From IMG/VR virus record IMGVR_UViG_3300037467_002055, positions 18,469 through 82,468 of that record: a DNA stretch of 64,000 nucleotides; one strand, 5' to 3'. Under the pieces are notes generated by a model, which searched no databases, had not been told where the DNA came from, and was given only the letters and a program-made list of their open reading frames with translations. The DNA comes from a virus (Duplodnaviria; Caudoviricetes). Numbering within the stretch: the stretch's first letter is position 1; the number at the start of each line of letters is the position of its first letter. The position numbers and the translations under genes are program-made. Shown here in pieces: positions 1 to 8,443 of this stretch.

Positions 1-1188
1 AATCGGGTACGGGCTCAGGTCCGATGGCGCGTACAGATGCCTTCCGTCAGGCGAGATCGCAATCCAGTTCGGCCCGATACTGCCGGCGGGCGTGGCGAAG
101 TATGGCGATGCCTTGACCTTGGACGGAAACTTCGCGGTCAGCTGCCCGAACGTGCCCGACGCCGGGTTGTTGTCCCGCGTGAACTGGTCCAGCTGGCAGT
201 TGTCGCTGCCGGCAAGGTACAGATTCGACCCATCCGGCGAGATCATCACGCACCACGGGCCAGCGCTGGTGGAGGTGTAGTTGGCAATCTGCGTCAGTGA
301 GCCGTCGCTCTGGTTGATGCTGTATGCCGTGACCGAACCCTTGTCGCAAGCGACGTACAGGTGGCGGTCGTCCGGCGAAATGCACAACCAGGCTGGTTGG
401 CCAGTCGGTGATGCGATGGAAGCCTGCGCCGGATTGATCGACAGCTGGCCGTAGGTTCCCGAACCCGAGTTGTTGTCGCGGACCAGGCAGCTGATTTGCG
501 GCGATGTCGTGGTGAAGTTACCCACGTACAGGTACTTGCCGGCGATGCCGCTGGAGCCGCTCTTCGTGATGACGATGTGGAAAGGGCTGCTGCATCCGGT
601 TGGCGTAATGCTCGTCTGTCCTGAAAGGATCGTCACCTTGCCGTACGTTCCCGAGCCAGAATTGTTGTCACGCGCGAAGCAGTAGACCTTCGAATCCGTG
701 TTCGCAGCAGCATAGATGTGCGCCCCGTCCGGCGAGATGCAGATGATGCCGCCGTTGGAGTTTGACGTTCCGACCGTGATGTTCGGCGCCGCCGCGAACG
801 AGGTCAAGGCGCCTGTGGTCGCGTTCCGGTTGTACGTCTTGATTTCGCTGGTGCTGCCGAACGCCACATAGATGTGGGCCGCATCGGGCGACTCGACGAT
901 GTACTGCGGGCTGTAACCCGTGCACATCGGCGCCAGAGCGTCCAGGCGCGTCAGTACGCCCGTGACCGGGTCGCGAGAGTGCGCCGTCACGCCACTGGTA
1001 GTCGTATTGGCCGTATTGGCCGCGTACAGATGCTTCCCGTCGGCTGTAATGAAGATACGACCTGGATGGTAGTACGATCCGCCGCCGGTCTGACCGCTGT
1101 CCACCCAGCTGACCAGCGACAGCGTGCCCGGTCCCGGAGGAGTTGGCACGCCGCCGTTCGCGGAAAAAGCTACGCGACGGCGGCTCAT
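1..1188 (-). CDS. Seven-bladed beta-propeller protein (lactonase/YVTN-like fold), partial, runs off left edge; probable virion accessory or receptor-binding protein
   Basis: Not in the ORF track because it has no stop in the window. ATG at 1188 overlaps the TAA of the upstream gene. Open for 396 codons with seven blade motifs (ITADGKHLY, ESPDAAHIY, ISPDGAHIY, AGKYLY, ISPDDRHLY, ISPDGSNLY, ISPDGRHLY). Confidence 0.8.
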   Translation of the reverse strand, partial: MSRRRVAFSANGGVPTPPGPGTLSLVSWVDSGQTGGGSYYHPGRIFITADGKHLYAANTANTTTSGVTAHSRDPVTGVLTRLDALAPMCTGYSPQYIVESPDAAHIYVAFGSTSEIKTYNRNATTGALTSFAAAPNITVGTSNSNGGIICISPDGAHIYAAANTDSKVYCFARDNNSGSGTYGKVTILSGQTSITPTGCSSPFHIVITKSGSSGIAGKYLYVGNFTTTSPQISCLVRDNNSGSGTYGQLSINPAQASIASPTGQPAWLCISPDDRHLYVACDKGSVTAYSINQSDGSLTQIANYTSTSAGPWCVMISPDGSNLYLAGSDNCQLDQFTRDNNPASGTFGQLTAKFPSKVKASPYFATPAGSIGPNWIAISPDGRHLYAPSDLSPYPI

Positions 1189-1838
1189 TATGCGTACCCC
1201 ACGCAGCGCCACAGCGAGTCGAGCGAATTCCAGACGAACGTGACCGACAGCTGCGTGCCGCTGGTCAAGCTCGTCGGCTTTGCGACCGAAGAGTCCTCGA
1301 ACTTGGCGCCCCAGGCAAGGGAGACATTTGCCGTCGGCTTGAAGTGGAACGTGATCTGCTCGCCATGGTTCGGCGTGCCGGTCAGGTTGGTGGACATCGA
1401 CGTGATGTTGCCGGACACCGGGTTGAGGATGACCTCGTCGTAGTTGTCCGTGTTGATGGTCGGCGTCGCACTGAACGTGAGGGTGGTCACGCGCGGCGTG
1501 ACGCGCTTGTTCGTCATCGTGACGGCGTTCTCTGCGTCGACGGCATACGCTGCCGGGTAGACGACCGTAACATCCTTGCTGCCCGAGGCGAACGTCACGG
1601 CGGCGCCAGAGTTGCTGCTGGAGATCAGGCCGTTGCGGGTCAGGACGCCGCTCGACAGCGTGTAATAGCCGACTTCCCAGGCGCCAGCCGAGTCCGGCCC
1701 GACCTTGATCGGGATGCGCGTCGTGCCGTCGGCATAGGCCGAGGTGAATGACTGGTAGTTCGTCGCCGCGCCACCCGGTGTGAACGACGCCGTGCTGGTG
1801 ACGGTGGTCGTCTCCTTTACGTTGTCTTTGTAGTTCAC
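1188..1838 (-). CDS. Putative tail-fibre-associated virion protein
   Basis: 216 aa, Thr/Ser-rich. The N-terminus (DNVKETTTVTSTASFT...GAATNYQSF) resembles an attachment segment common in phage fibre proteins. ATGA-coupled to the upstream gene. Confidence 0.55.
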   Translation of the reverse strand: MNYKDNVKETTTVTSTASFTPGGAATNYQSFTSAYADGTTRIPIKVGPDSAGAWEVGYYTLSSGVLTRNGLISSSNSGAAVTFASGSKDVTVVYPAAYAVDAENAVTMTNKRVTPRVTTLTFSATPTINTDNYDEVILNPVSGNITSMSTNLTGTPNHGEQITFHFKPTANVSLAWGAKFEDSSVAKPTSLTSGTQLSVTFVWNSLDSLWRCVGYA

Positions 1839-2317
1839 GCTGCGGTGCTCCCCGATACGCGCACGGTGTAGCTGTCGCCGGTGATGGCCGGGCAGCCGGC
1901 GCTGATGGTGCGGCGCAGCCAGATCGCCTGGTGCTGGCCAGCCGGGATGTCGCCCAGCGTGATCGGGCCGGCGCCGAACGTCACACTGGTCGGGGCGGTG
2001 GTTTCGCTGCCCACCGTCTGCTCGGTGCCGTTGACCGCGCTGGTGCCGAGACCGATGTCGATGATGGACGTGGCATCGGGCGTGTCGCTCTGGATGTTGG
2101 CCGTCGCCCCGATCAGCGTAAGCGTGCCATGGTTGTTATGGATATAGACGCAGCGATATTCGACCAGGCCGGCCGTAGCCTGGGCCGCAGTGACCGTATC
2201 GAACAGGCCGGCAGGCGCAGCGTTGGACGACTTGGCGCCACCGAGCGAGGTGATGGCGGTGGCGTTGGACGCGCCCCCGGAAAGTCGTTGGATGATATCG
2301 GTGGAGGCGATGGCCAT
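1835..2317 (-). CDS. Putative virion structural protein
   Basis: MAIASTDIIQRLSGGASN...SLGGAKSS...EYRCVYIHN...AIWLRR matches a recurrent phage structural family. AGGA RBS before ATG 2317. The ORF-track extension to 2677 is spurious. Confidence 0.6.
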   Translation of the reverse strand: MAIASTDIIQRLSGGASNATAITSLGGAKSSNAAPAGLFDTVTAAQATAGLVEYRCVYIHNNHGTLTLIGATANIQSDTPDATSIIDIGLGTSAVNGTEQTVGSETTAPTSVTFGAGPITLGDIPAGQHQAIWLRRTISAGCPAITGDSYTVRVSGSTAA

Positions 2318-2339
2318 AGTGATGTCCTGTGTGTTGGTT

Positions 2340-2446
2340 CCAGAATGCAATAATTCTGGCATGCTTCTTGCCCGAAGTAAAGAAACAACGAGGAGGTGTT
2401 GACTCAAGAAAATATTTTTGACAGACAACGTAAGTTTGCTTACCCT
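2340..2446. promoter_or_regulatory. Divergent sigma70-like promoters with operator-like inverted repeat
   Basis: Rightward TTGACA(2418)-N17-TACCCT(2441). Leftward TTTACT(2381-2376)-N17-CAGAAT(2358-2353). Inverted repeat CCAGAAT-N6-ATTCTGG at 2340-2359. Confidence 0.55.
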
Positions 2447-2479
2447 GATGTTCCCTATCCACCCGAAAACAAACCTCAT

Positions 2480-3331
2480 ATGTGGCTCAAAAACGCAACC
2501 ATCTACGGCATCTCGCCGAAAGCCCAATTCCCCGTCGAGCAGCTGCAGGCTGCTCGTTTTGTTCCGGTCGACAGCCTGCAGATGCAGTCGGTCGGCTTCT
2601 CGCCCGTGCGCGATGACGAACTGGCTTACAAGCAGGGCAAGCACACGCTGCTGCGCTTCACGGTTGAGAAGAAGCACATCCCGGGCTCAGCCGTGGCCGT
2701 GATGCTGGAGGAGAAATGCGCCGAGCTGGCGCGCGAGCAGAGCTTCCCGCCCGGCAAGAAGCAGCGCAAGGAGCTCAAGGAGCGGATCGTCGACGCGCTG
2801 CTGCCACGCGCACTGTCGACGCGCCGCACGACGGCTGTCTGGATCGACCAGGACCAGCACCGCATCGTGATCGACTCGACGTCGGACTCGCTGTGCGACG
2901 AGATCGTCAAGGCGCTGATCAAGCTGTACCCGACGATCGAGTTCCAGGATGCCCGCTGGCCGCGCGCCAAGGTCGTGACGACCTGGCTGGACGACGAGCC
3001 GCCCACCCACTTCACGGTCGACGACGCTGTCCAGCTGCAGTATCCGGGCGAGAAGGGCAAGCGCGTCAAGTTCGACCGGGCCAACCTCGATGCGCACGAC
3101 GTGCAGACACACCTTGCGGCCGGCGCGTACGTCGACTCCGTGGCCATGACGTTCTCCAGCCGCCTGTCGTTCATCATGACCGACAACATGCGCATCCGCC
3201 GCATCAAGGCGCTGGACATCGTGCAGGAGGGGCGCGAGGCCGAGAGCGACGTCGACCGGTTCGACAGCGACTTCGCGCTGATGACGCGCGAGCTGGGCTG
3301 CCTGATCGACGCACTGGTGCAGGAGGCGTGA
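2480..3331 (+). CDS. rdgC: Recombination-associated protein RdgC
   Basis: MWLKNATIY start, SVGFSPV, EKKHIPGSAV, KKQRKELKERIVDALLPRALS, AVWID and C-terminal RFDSDFALMTREL are characteristic of RdgC. Confidence 0.9.
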   Translation: MWLKNATIYGISPKAQFPVEQLQAARFVPVDSLQMQSVGFSPVRDDELAYKQGKHTLLRFTVEKKHIPGSAVAVMLEEKCAELAREQSFPPGKKQRKELKERIVDALLPRALSTRRTTAVWIDQDQHRIVIDSTSDSLCDEIVKALIKLYPTIEFQDARWPRAKVVTTWLDDEPPTHFTVDDAVQLQYPGEKGKRVKFDRANLDAHDVQTHLAAGAYVDSVAMTFSSRLSFIMTDNMRIRRIKALDIVQEGREAESDVDRFDSDFALMTRELGCLIDALVQEA

Positions 3332-3639
3332 TGGGAATCCGAGAAATCGGCCCCGTGACCGAAGTCCGGCCGGGCCAGTGGATTTGCGAGACGCCGCTGC
3401 TGCGCGACCACATCTGCTCCGAGCCGCGCGAAGTCGTACGGCGCTCGGGCAAGCGCGTCTACTTCAAGAACCGCCACGGTGAGGACGATGGCGCGTACTG
3501 CTCGATCCGCAGCGTTCTCGCCCTGTGCGACACGAAGGAGGAAGCTGACACGGTCTATGCCGTCAGCAAGATGCAGTTCGACGAGCTGAATGAGGTGCGC
3601 CGCCGGCACCAGGCCCACTTCAAGGCGCTGCTCGGATGA
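3331..3639 (+). CDS. Hypothetical protein
   Basis: 102 aa, TGATG-coupled to rdgC, AGGAGG RBS, phage-like codon use. Confidence 0.7.
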   Translation: MGIREIGPVTEVRPGQWICETPLLRDHICSEPREVVRRSGKRVYFKNRHGEDDGAYCSIRSVLALCDTKEEADTVYAVSKMQFDELNEVRRRHQAHFKALLG

Positions 3640-4724
3640 CCGCTTACTACAACGAATTCAACCCCGCGGCGGCCGCCACGCTGCGCAACCTGATCGCTGA
3701 AGGCCTGATTGCGCCGGGCGTGGTCGACGAAAGGAGCATTGCCGATGTCACACCCGGAGACCTTGCCGGATTCACCCAGTGTCACTTCTTTGCCGGCGTT
3801 GGGGGGTGGTCATACGCTCTCCGACTTGCAGGCGTCCCTGACGGCCGTCGAGTCTGGACGGGCAGCACTCCTTGCCAGCCTTTCTCCTCGGCAGGCGCAG
3901 GCGCTGGGTTTGATGACGAGCGGCACCTATGGCCCGCGTTCCATCATCATGTCCGCGTCGGACGCCCTCCAGAAGTCTTTGGAGAGCAGGTTGCAAGCAA
4001 CCTTGTCGACCCATGGATCGACCTTGTACAAGTTGACATGGAAGGCCTGGGCTACGCCTTCGGGGCGCTCGCGTTCCCGTCTGCGGGGTGTGGCGCTCCG
4101 CACATCCGTGACCGGTGCTACTGGGGTGGCCGGCTGGGTGACGCCGACCTCGCGCGACTGGAAGGACTCGGGCGCGGACATCAAGCCGCGTCCGGACAAC
4201 GGCAAGGAGCGGCTGGATCAGCTGCCGCGCCAGGCGAACCTGTGTGGCTGGCCGACGCCAATCGCGAAGGAAGCCAAGGCGGGGCTGCACTGCTCGAACC
4301 AGGTGACGACCGGCATGGCGGCGCAGCTGGCCGGCTGGCCGACGCCGCGCGCGGCGGACGGCCACAAGGGCACGGATCCTACGGCGGACACGCTGCGCGG
4401 GACGGACTTGCCGACCACGGCCAGCTGGACGATCACGGGCCCGGCCCGGTTACGGGCTTCTGGCGAGATGCTGACTGGCTTGCATGCCGGGACGGCAAGT
4501 GGCGGCCTGTTGAGCCCAGCACACAGCCGCTGGCTCATGGGCTACCCCGCAGCCTGGGATCGGGCGTTCCCGGGCTGGCCGAGCTGGCGCGCGTGGCAGG
4601 ACTTGATGCAAAGTCTCTCGCTGCAGCAAAAAGCTACCGCGTAGCCGCCCTGCACGGCTACGGCAACGCTATCAACCCGTACGCCGCGGCCGCTTTCCTC
4701 AAAGCATTTTACGGAGCAAACTGA
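3636..4724 (+). CDS. C5 cytosine DNA methyltransferase, alpha (catalytic) polypeptide
   Basis: Motif I FFAGVGGW, IV GSTPCQPFS, VI GEQV, VIII APHIRDRCYW, X YGNAINP. No recognisable motif IX in this frame. Confidence 0.9.
   Translation: MTAYYNEFNPAAAATLRNLIAEGLIAPGVVDERSIADVTPGDLAGFTQCHFFAGVGGWSYALRLAGVPDGRRVWTGSTPCQPFSSAGAGAGFDDERHLWPAFHHHVRVGRPPEVFGEQVASNLVDPWIDLVQVDMEGLGYAFGALAFPSAGCGAPHIRDRCYWGGRLGDADLARLEGLGRGHQAASGQRQGAAGSAAAPGEPVWLADANREGSQGGAALLEPGDDRHGGAAGRLADAARGGRPQGHGSYGGHAARDGLADHGQLDDHGPGPVTGFWRDADWLACRDGKWRPVEPSTQPLAHGLPRSLGSGVPGLAELARVAGLDAKSLAAAKSYRVAALHGYGNAINPYAAAAFLKAFYGAN
3913..4644 (+). CDS. Putative methyltransferase beta polypeptide (TRD-like region plus motif IX) nested in an alternative frame
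   Basis: Frame open 3709-4644. Three GW(P/V)TP repeats and LLSPAHSRWLMGYPAAW (motif IX-like). Start at ATG 3913 is inferred. Confidence 0.7.
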   Translation: MTSGTYGPRSIIMSASDALQKSLESRLQATLSTHGSTLYKLTWKAWATPSGRSRSRLRGVALRTSVTGATGVAGWVTPTSRDWKDSGADIKPRPDNGKERLDQLPRQANLCGWPTPIAKEAKAGLHCSNQVTTGMAAQLAGWPTPRAADGHKGTDPTADTLRGTDLPTTASWTITGPARLRASGEMLTGLHAGTASGGLLSPAHSRWLMGYPAAWDRAFPGWPSWRAWQDLMQSLSLQQKATA

Positions 4725-5060
4725 ATGACCGCTGGAGTTCTGGGCCCCTGCGCCCGCCGCGTCGTGCGCTGCACGCTGATCACGCCGGCAGGCCACGTTA
4801 TCATCGGCGAAAACTGGTGCATGAACCCGCAGCCGGCGTGCCCGCGCGCCGAGGGTGAAGGCTACGAGAAGTGCCAGACGATCTGCAATCAGGTCGGCCA
4901 CGCCGAGGAGGTGGCCGTGCTGATGGCCGGCCCGTCCGCGCGCGGAGCGCATGCCTACGTCGAGAACCACACCTATGCCTGCCGCAACTGCCAGGAGACG
5001 CTGTTCGCGGCCGGCGTCGCCGCGCTGACCATCGGCGCGCCACCATTGAAAGGAGACTGA
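4725..5060 (+). CDS. dCMP deaminase-family zinc deaminase (minimal)
   Basis: CARRVV, GEN, HAE and ACRNC zinc ligands, 111 aa. Confidence 0.75.
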   Translation: MTAGVLGPCARRVVRCTLITPAGHVIIGENWCMNPQPACPRAEGEGYEKCQTICNQVGHAEEVAVLMAGPSARGAHAYVENHTYACRNCQETLFAAGVAALTIGAPPLKGD

Positions 5061-5267
5061 ATGAAAAACCACACCGGCAGCACCCCGTTCGAATACGTCA
5101 AGCCGGCCCCGCTGAACGTGCGCCTGATCCTGCTGGAAGCCGACGGCAAGGTGTCCTTGGGTCCGTGGAAGGGCCCGCACGTCGGCAGCAACGACCGCCT
5201 CATCGGCTGGGCCGCGCTCCCGGCGCGCGACCTTGCGATCGAGCGCAAACTTGCGGAGCTGCGGTAA
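5061..5267 (+). CDS. Hypothetical protein
   Basis: 68 aa, AGGAG RBS, tightly packed in the operon. Confidence 0.65.
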   Translation: MKNHTGSTPFEYVKPAPLNVRLILLEADGKVSLGPWKGPHVGSNDRLIGWAALPARDLAIERKLAELR

Positions 5268-5695
5268 TGGCTATACAGCCGGAATTCCTGCTGGTGCAGA
5301 GGGACCTGGCCAAGGTGCAGGCGCTGTGCCTCCGGCTGGCGAATCCGCACTGGATGCCGCGGCCACAGTCCTGGATGTGGCTGCGCGGCGACGGCATGCC
5401 GCAGGGATTCGGCACGCTGGCGCACGAGCGCCCCGGGCTGGCCAACCTTCTGTGGCTGTCGCTGGATCTGGACGCGCCGCCGCGCACGTACGAGGCCCAC
5501 ATGAACAGCCTGTACGTCCTGCTGTTCCAGGAGGCCGAGTTCACGTTCATCGGCGGCACTTCGCTGGTTGACATCGCAGGCCTGTCGACTCTGCGCGAGT
5601 TCATCGACCGCCTGCCGATCGAGCCTGGCAAGCGCGGGCTGGAGCGCATGTTCCCACTGCTCCGGCTACTGGCTGAGAGGAGGCTGCCATGCTGA
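5267..5695 (+). CDS. Hypothetical protein
   Basis: 142 aa, TAATG-coupled start, GC3-rich codons. Confidence 0.7.
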   Translation: MAIQPEFLLVQRDLAKVQALCLRLANPHWMPRPQSWMWLRGDGMPQGFGTLAHERPGLANLLWLSLDLDAPPRTYEAHMNSLYVLLFQEAEFTFIGGTSLVDIAGLSTLREFIDRLPIEPGKRGLERMFPLLRLLAERRLPC

Positions 5696-6471
5696 CGGTC
5701 ATCAGTAAAGCGGATGCGCGCGCAGCGGGGCTGAAGCGATATTTCACCGGCAAGCCGTGCCGGCGTGGGCATGTGTGCGAGCGCTACCTCACTGGCCACT
5801 GCGTGGAGTGCCAGGCGCTGTGTGGTCGTATCTGGCTGGAAAAGCACCCTGAACACCGTGCATGGCAAGCTGCGTACAGGGAAAGCCACAAGGCAATACA
5901 GAAAGTGGCTGCCAAGGTGTGGTATTTGGGCCATAGGCAGCTGACCATTCAACGCACAAGGAGGTGGCGCAAAGCTGATCCAGATCGGTACAGGGCCTGG
6001 AGTGCGCGGCACTACAAAGAGAACCGATCAAGGATTCTTGAGCGTGCTCGGCAGGCTTATCGGCGCACGCCAGAAAAATTTTATGCGCGCTCCCTTCGCT
6101 GGGTCGAGCGTAACCGGGAGAAGGTTAATGCGGCGGCACGCAGGCGTTGGCTGTCCAACCCAGGAAAATACCGGGCTGCAGTTCGCAACCGACAGCTGCG
6201 GATAGCTGCCAGCGGCACGCTATCGCCGAGTCTGGTGCAGATGCTGATGGTTTCTCAGGCTGGGCGATGTGCCTGCCCCTGTCACAGCCTGTTAGCTGTG
6301 ACCGGATACCACATGGACCATATCGTTCCGGTGTCTAAGGGCGGCGCAAACACGGACAGCAATATCCAACTGCTGACCCCACGATGCAACCAGCGAAAAG
6401 CTGCGAAAGATAACGCCACGTTCATGGAAGCCCAGGCGCGCAAGTACGGAGGCCGACATGATCACACTTGA
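5689..6471 (+). CDS. HNH endonuclease (free-standing)
   Basis: N-terminal YFTGKPCRRGH and CVEC, C-terminal CACPC...HMDHIVPVSKGG...NIQLLTPRCN. Lower GC than neighbours. Confidence 0.9.
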   Translation: MLTVISKADARAAGLKRYFTGKPCRRGHVCERYLTGHCVECQALCGRIWLEKHPEHRAWQAAYRESHKAIQKVAAKVWYLGHRQLTIQRTRRWRKADPDRYRAWSARHYKENRSRILERARQAYRRTPEKFYARSLRWVERNREKVNAAARRRWLSNPGKYRAAVRNRQLRIAASGTLSPSLVQMLMVSQAGRCACPCHSLLAVTGYHMDHIVPVSKGGANTDSNIQLLTPRCNQRKAAKDNATFMEAQARKYGGRHDHT

Positions 6472-7900
6472 ACAGGCAGTCTCTCAATACCCGCTACCAC
6501 ACCCGTTAGGGGGGAACATGGTACTCGAGCCTCTGCAAATTGAGGCAATCGAGAAGGCAGTGATTTGGCGCCGAGCGCTGCTCGATTTGCCTGTCGGGTT
6601 CGGTAAGACTGTGGTGGCAACCTGCGTATCGCTGATCCTTGAGCAGGACACCACTGTAGTGCTCATGCCACCGATACTCGTCGCTCAGTGGAAGGAGTGG
6701 CTTGACAGTGTAACCGGAGCAGGGTCCTGCGTGGCTTACATAGGCTCGCCGAAGCAGCGGACACAGATGCAATTGCGCGGTGCTCGCTGGATTACCACCA
6801 GCTACCAGATATTCAATAACGACGTGGAGAGATTTCGTAAGGAGCTTGCAGGGTCTTCGGTATTGACTGTTGTTGATGAGTGTCAAAATGCTAAGGGTCT
6901 GGGTGTTCTTTTCAAGAACATTCGGAGCTTCTCCGCAGGTCGAGATCTGATCCTGATGTCGGGCACGATCATGAGTAAGCCGGGCGACGCTTATGCCTAC
7001 ATTAAGCTGAACACGCCAGATATTTATGCTACCAAGACGATGTTCGAGAACATCCACGTCGAGGAGCGCGACGTCTTCAACCAGCCGAAGAAGTGGCACA
7101 ACCTCGACCTACTGCAGACCAACCTCAACATGCGACGTGTCCACTTTACCAAGGAACAGGCACACGCCGCGCTGCCCAAGGGTCGCATCATCCCGATCTA
7201 CTACGACCTGTCGAAAGAGCACATGGAGCTGTACAAGCGCCTGATGGAGGAGCAGCTGCTCCTACTGGACGACGGCGGCAAGATCGACGCCACCACAGCC
7301 ACGCGGCTGTACCACGCCGCGCAGCAGATCGTGCTGGACTTTGGCTACTTCGCCGGCGACGAGACGAAGCGCAGCGCGATCTTCGATCTCGTCGACGAGG
7401 TGGCCGACGAGATCAACCTCGGCGGCGAGATCATGGTCGGCAACGAGACGCGGCCGGCCAGCAAGCTGATCCTGTGGACCACGCACCGCAGCGTGTCGCG
7501 CCTGATCGGCGAGCATATGTCGGCCCGGCTTGCACCGATCGGCAAGCGCGGCGTGATGGCGTTTTCCGAGGTCGACTCGAAGAAGTCGATCAAGGCGTTC
7601 ATGGAAGATCCGAACACGGTCTGCCTGACCGCGCAGCCAGGCAGCGCCGGCGCCGGCCTGAATCCGCAGTACCTGTGCTGGGAGGCCGGCTTCGTGCAGA
7701 TCCCGACCACCACGATCCCGTTCATCCAGTCGACCGGCCGGATCGACCGGAAGGGCCAGCGCTACCCGCCGAACAACCGGCTGTTCATCGCGCGCAGCAC
7801 GATCCAGGAACAGCTGCTGCAGAATTTGCTCACGAACGACGAGCTTGTCAACCGGGCGGCCGGCTCCAAGCGGGGCATCAGAAACTTGATTTTCCCGTAG
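6458..7900 (+). CDS. Superfamily 2 DNA helicase
   Basis: Walker A PVGFGKT, VVDECQ, MSGT, motif VI QSTGRIDRKGQ. Confidence 0.9.
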   Translation: MITLEQAVSQYPLPHPLGGNMVLEPLQIEAIEKAVIWRRALLDLPVGFGKTVVATCVSLILEQDTTVVLMPPILVAQWKEWLDSVTGAGSCVAYIGSPKQRTQMQLRGARWITTSYQIFNNDVERFRKELAGSSVLTVVDECQNAKGLGVLFKNIRSFSAGRDLILMSGTIMSKPGDAYAYIKLNTPDIYATKTMFENIHVEERDVFNQPKKWHNLDLLQTNLNMRRVHFTKEQAHAALPKGRIIPIYYDLSKEHMELYKRLMEEQLLLLDDGGKIDATTATRLYHAAQQIVLDFGYFAGDETKRSAIFDLVDEVADEINLGGEIMVGNETRPASKLILWTTHRSVSRLIGEHMSARLAPIGKRGVMAFSEVDSKKSIKAFMEDPNTVCLTAQPGSAGAGLNPQYLCWEAGFVQIPTTTIPFIQSTGRIDRKGQRYPPNNRLFIARSTIQEQLLQNLLTNDELVNRAAGSKRGIRNLIFP

Positions 7901-7959
7901 GAAATAGCTGTAGAATCACCCACTTGAGCAGTAACCCAACCGCAAAGGAATAACACGAA

Positions 7960-8436
7960 ATGCAGACTGCCGTTCTCGGCAGGGCGGACAAACTCGCCCT
8001 GCAGGCCTCATGGCTCAATTACCGCATGAAGAGCCATCCAAGGTGGCACCGCGACATGCCGGTCCCCCGACAGCTGCTCGCATCCGACCACAAGGTGTTT
8101 GTCGCCGTCCACCTAGAGGAGGGTGTACCGCGGATCCTCGATGTGCTGCGAGTCGTCGACGTTGAAGCGTCCTTCACGGCCGGCCTGACGCTGGTCCTGG
8201 CCAGCGGCACGGATACGATGCGGCTGCGGGTCAGCACCTACCCGCGCGAGATCCTCCCGGATGTGTTCGCCTGGGTGCCGCCGTTCTCCGACGTGCGCCA
8301 CTGCCCATCCAAATTTGACGAGCCCTCCAGCACGTGGCGGCTGTCGGTGCCGATGTACGTGCGCACGGTGAGCGAAGACCTGATCGTCATGACGCGAAAG
8401 GAATTCTGCGAACGTTGGCCCGATATTGCCCTGTGA
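7960..8436 (+). CDS. Hypothetical protein
   Basis: 158 aa, AAGGA RBS, upstream TAGAAT -10-like box. Confidence 0.7.
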   Translation: MQTAVLGRADKLALQASWLNYRMKSHPRWHRDMPVPRQLLASDHKVFVAVHLEEGVPRILDVLRVVDVEASFTAGLTLVLASGTDTMRLRVSTYPREILPDVFAWVPPFSDVRHCPSKFDEPSSTWRLSVPMYVRTVSEDLIVMTRKEFCERWPDIAL

Positions 8437-8443
8437 GGTCTGA

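Noticed and set aside
1835-2677. 280-aa ORF-track call overlapping rdgC
   Set aside because: The N-terminal extension crosses the AT-rich promoter region and antisense rdgC. The real start is the RBS-preceded ATG at 2317.
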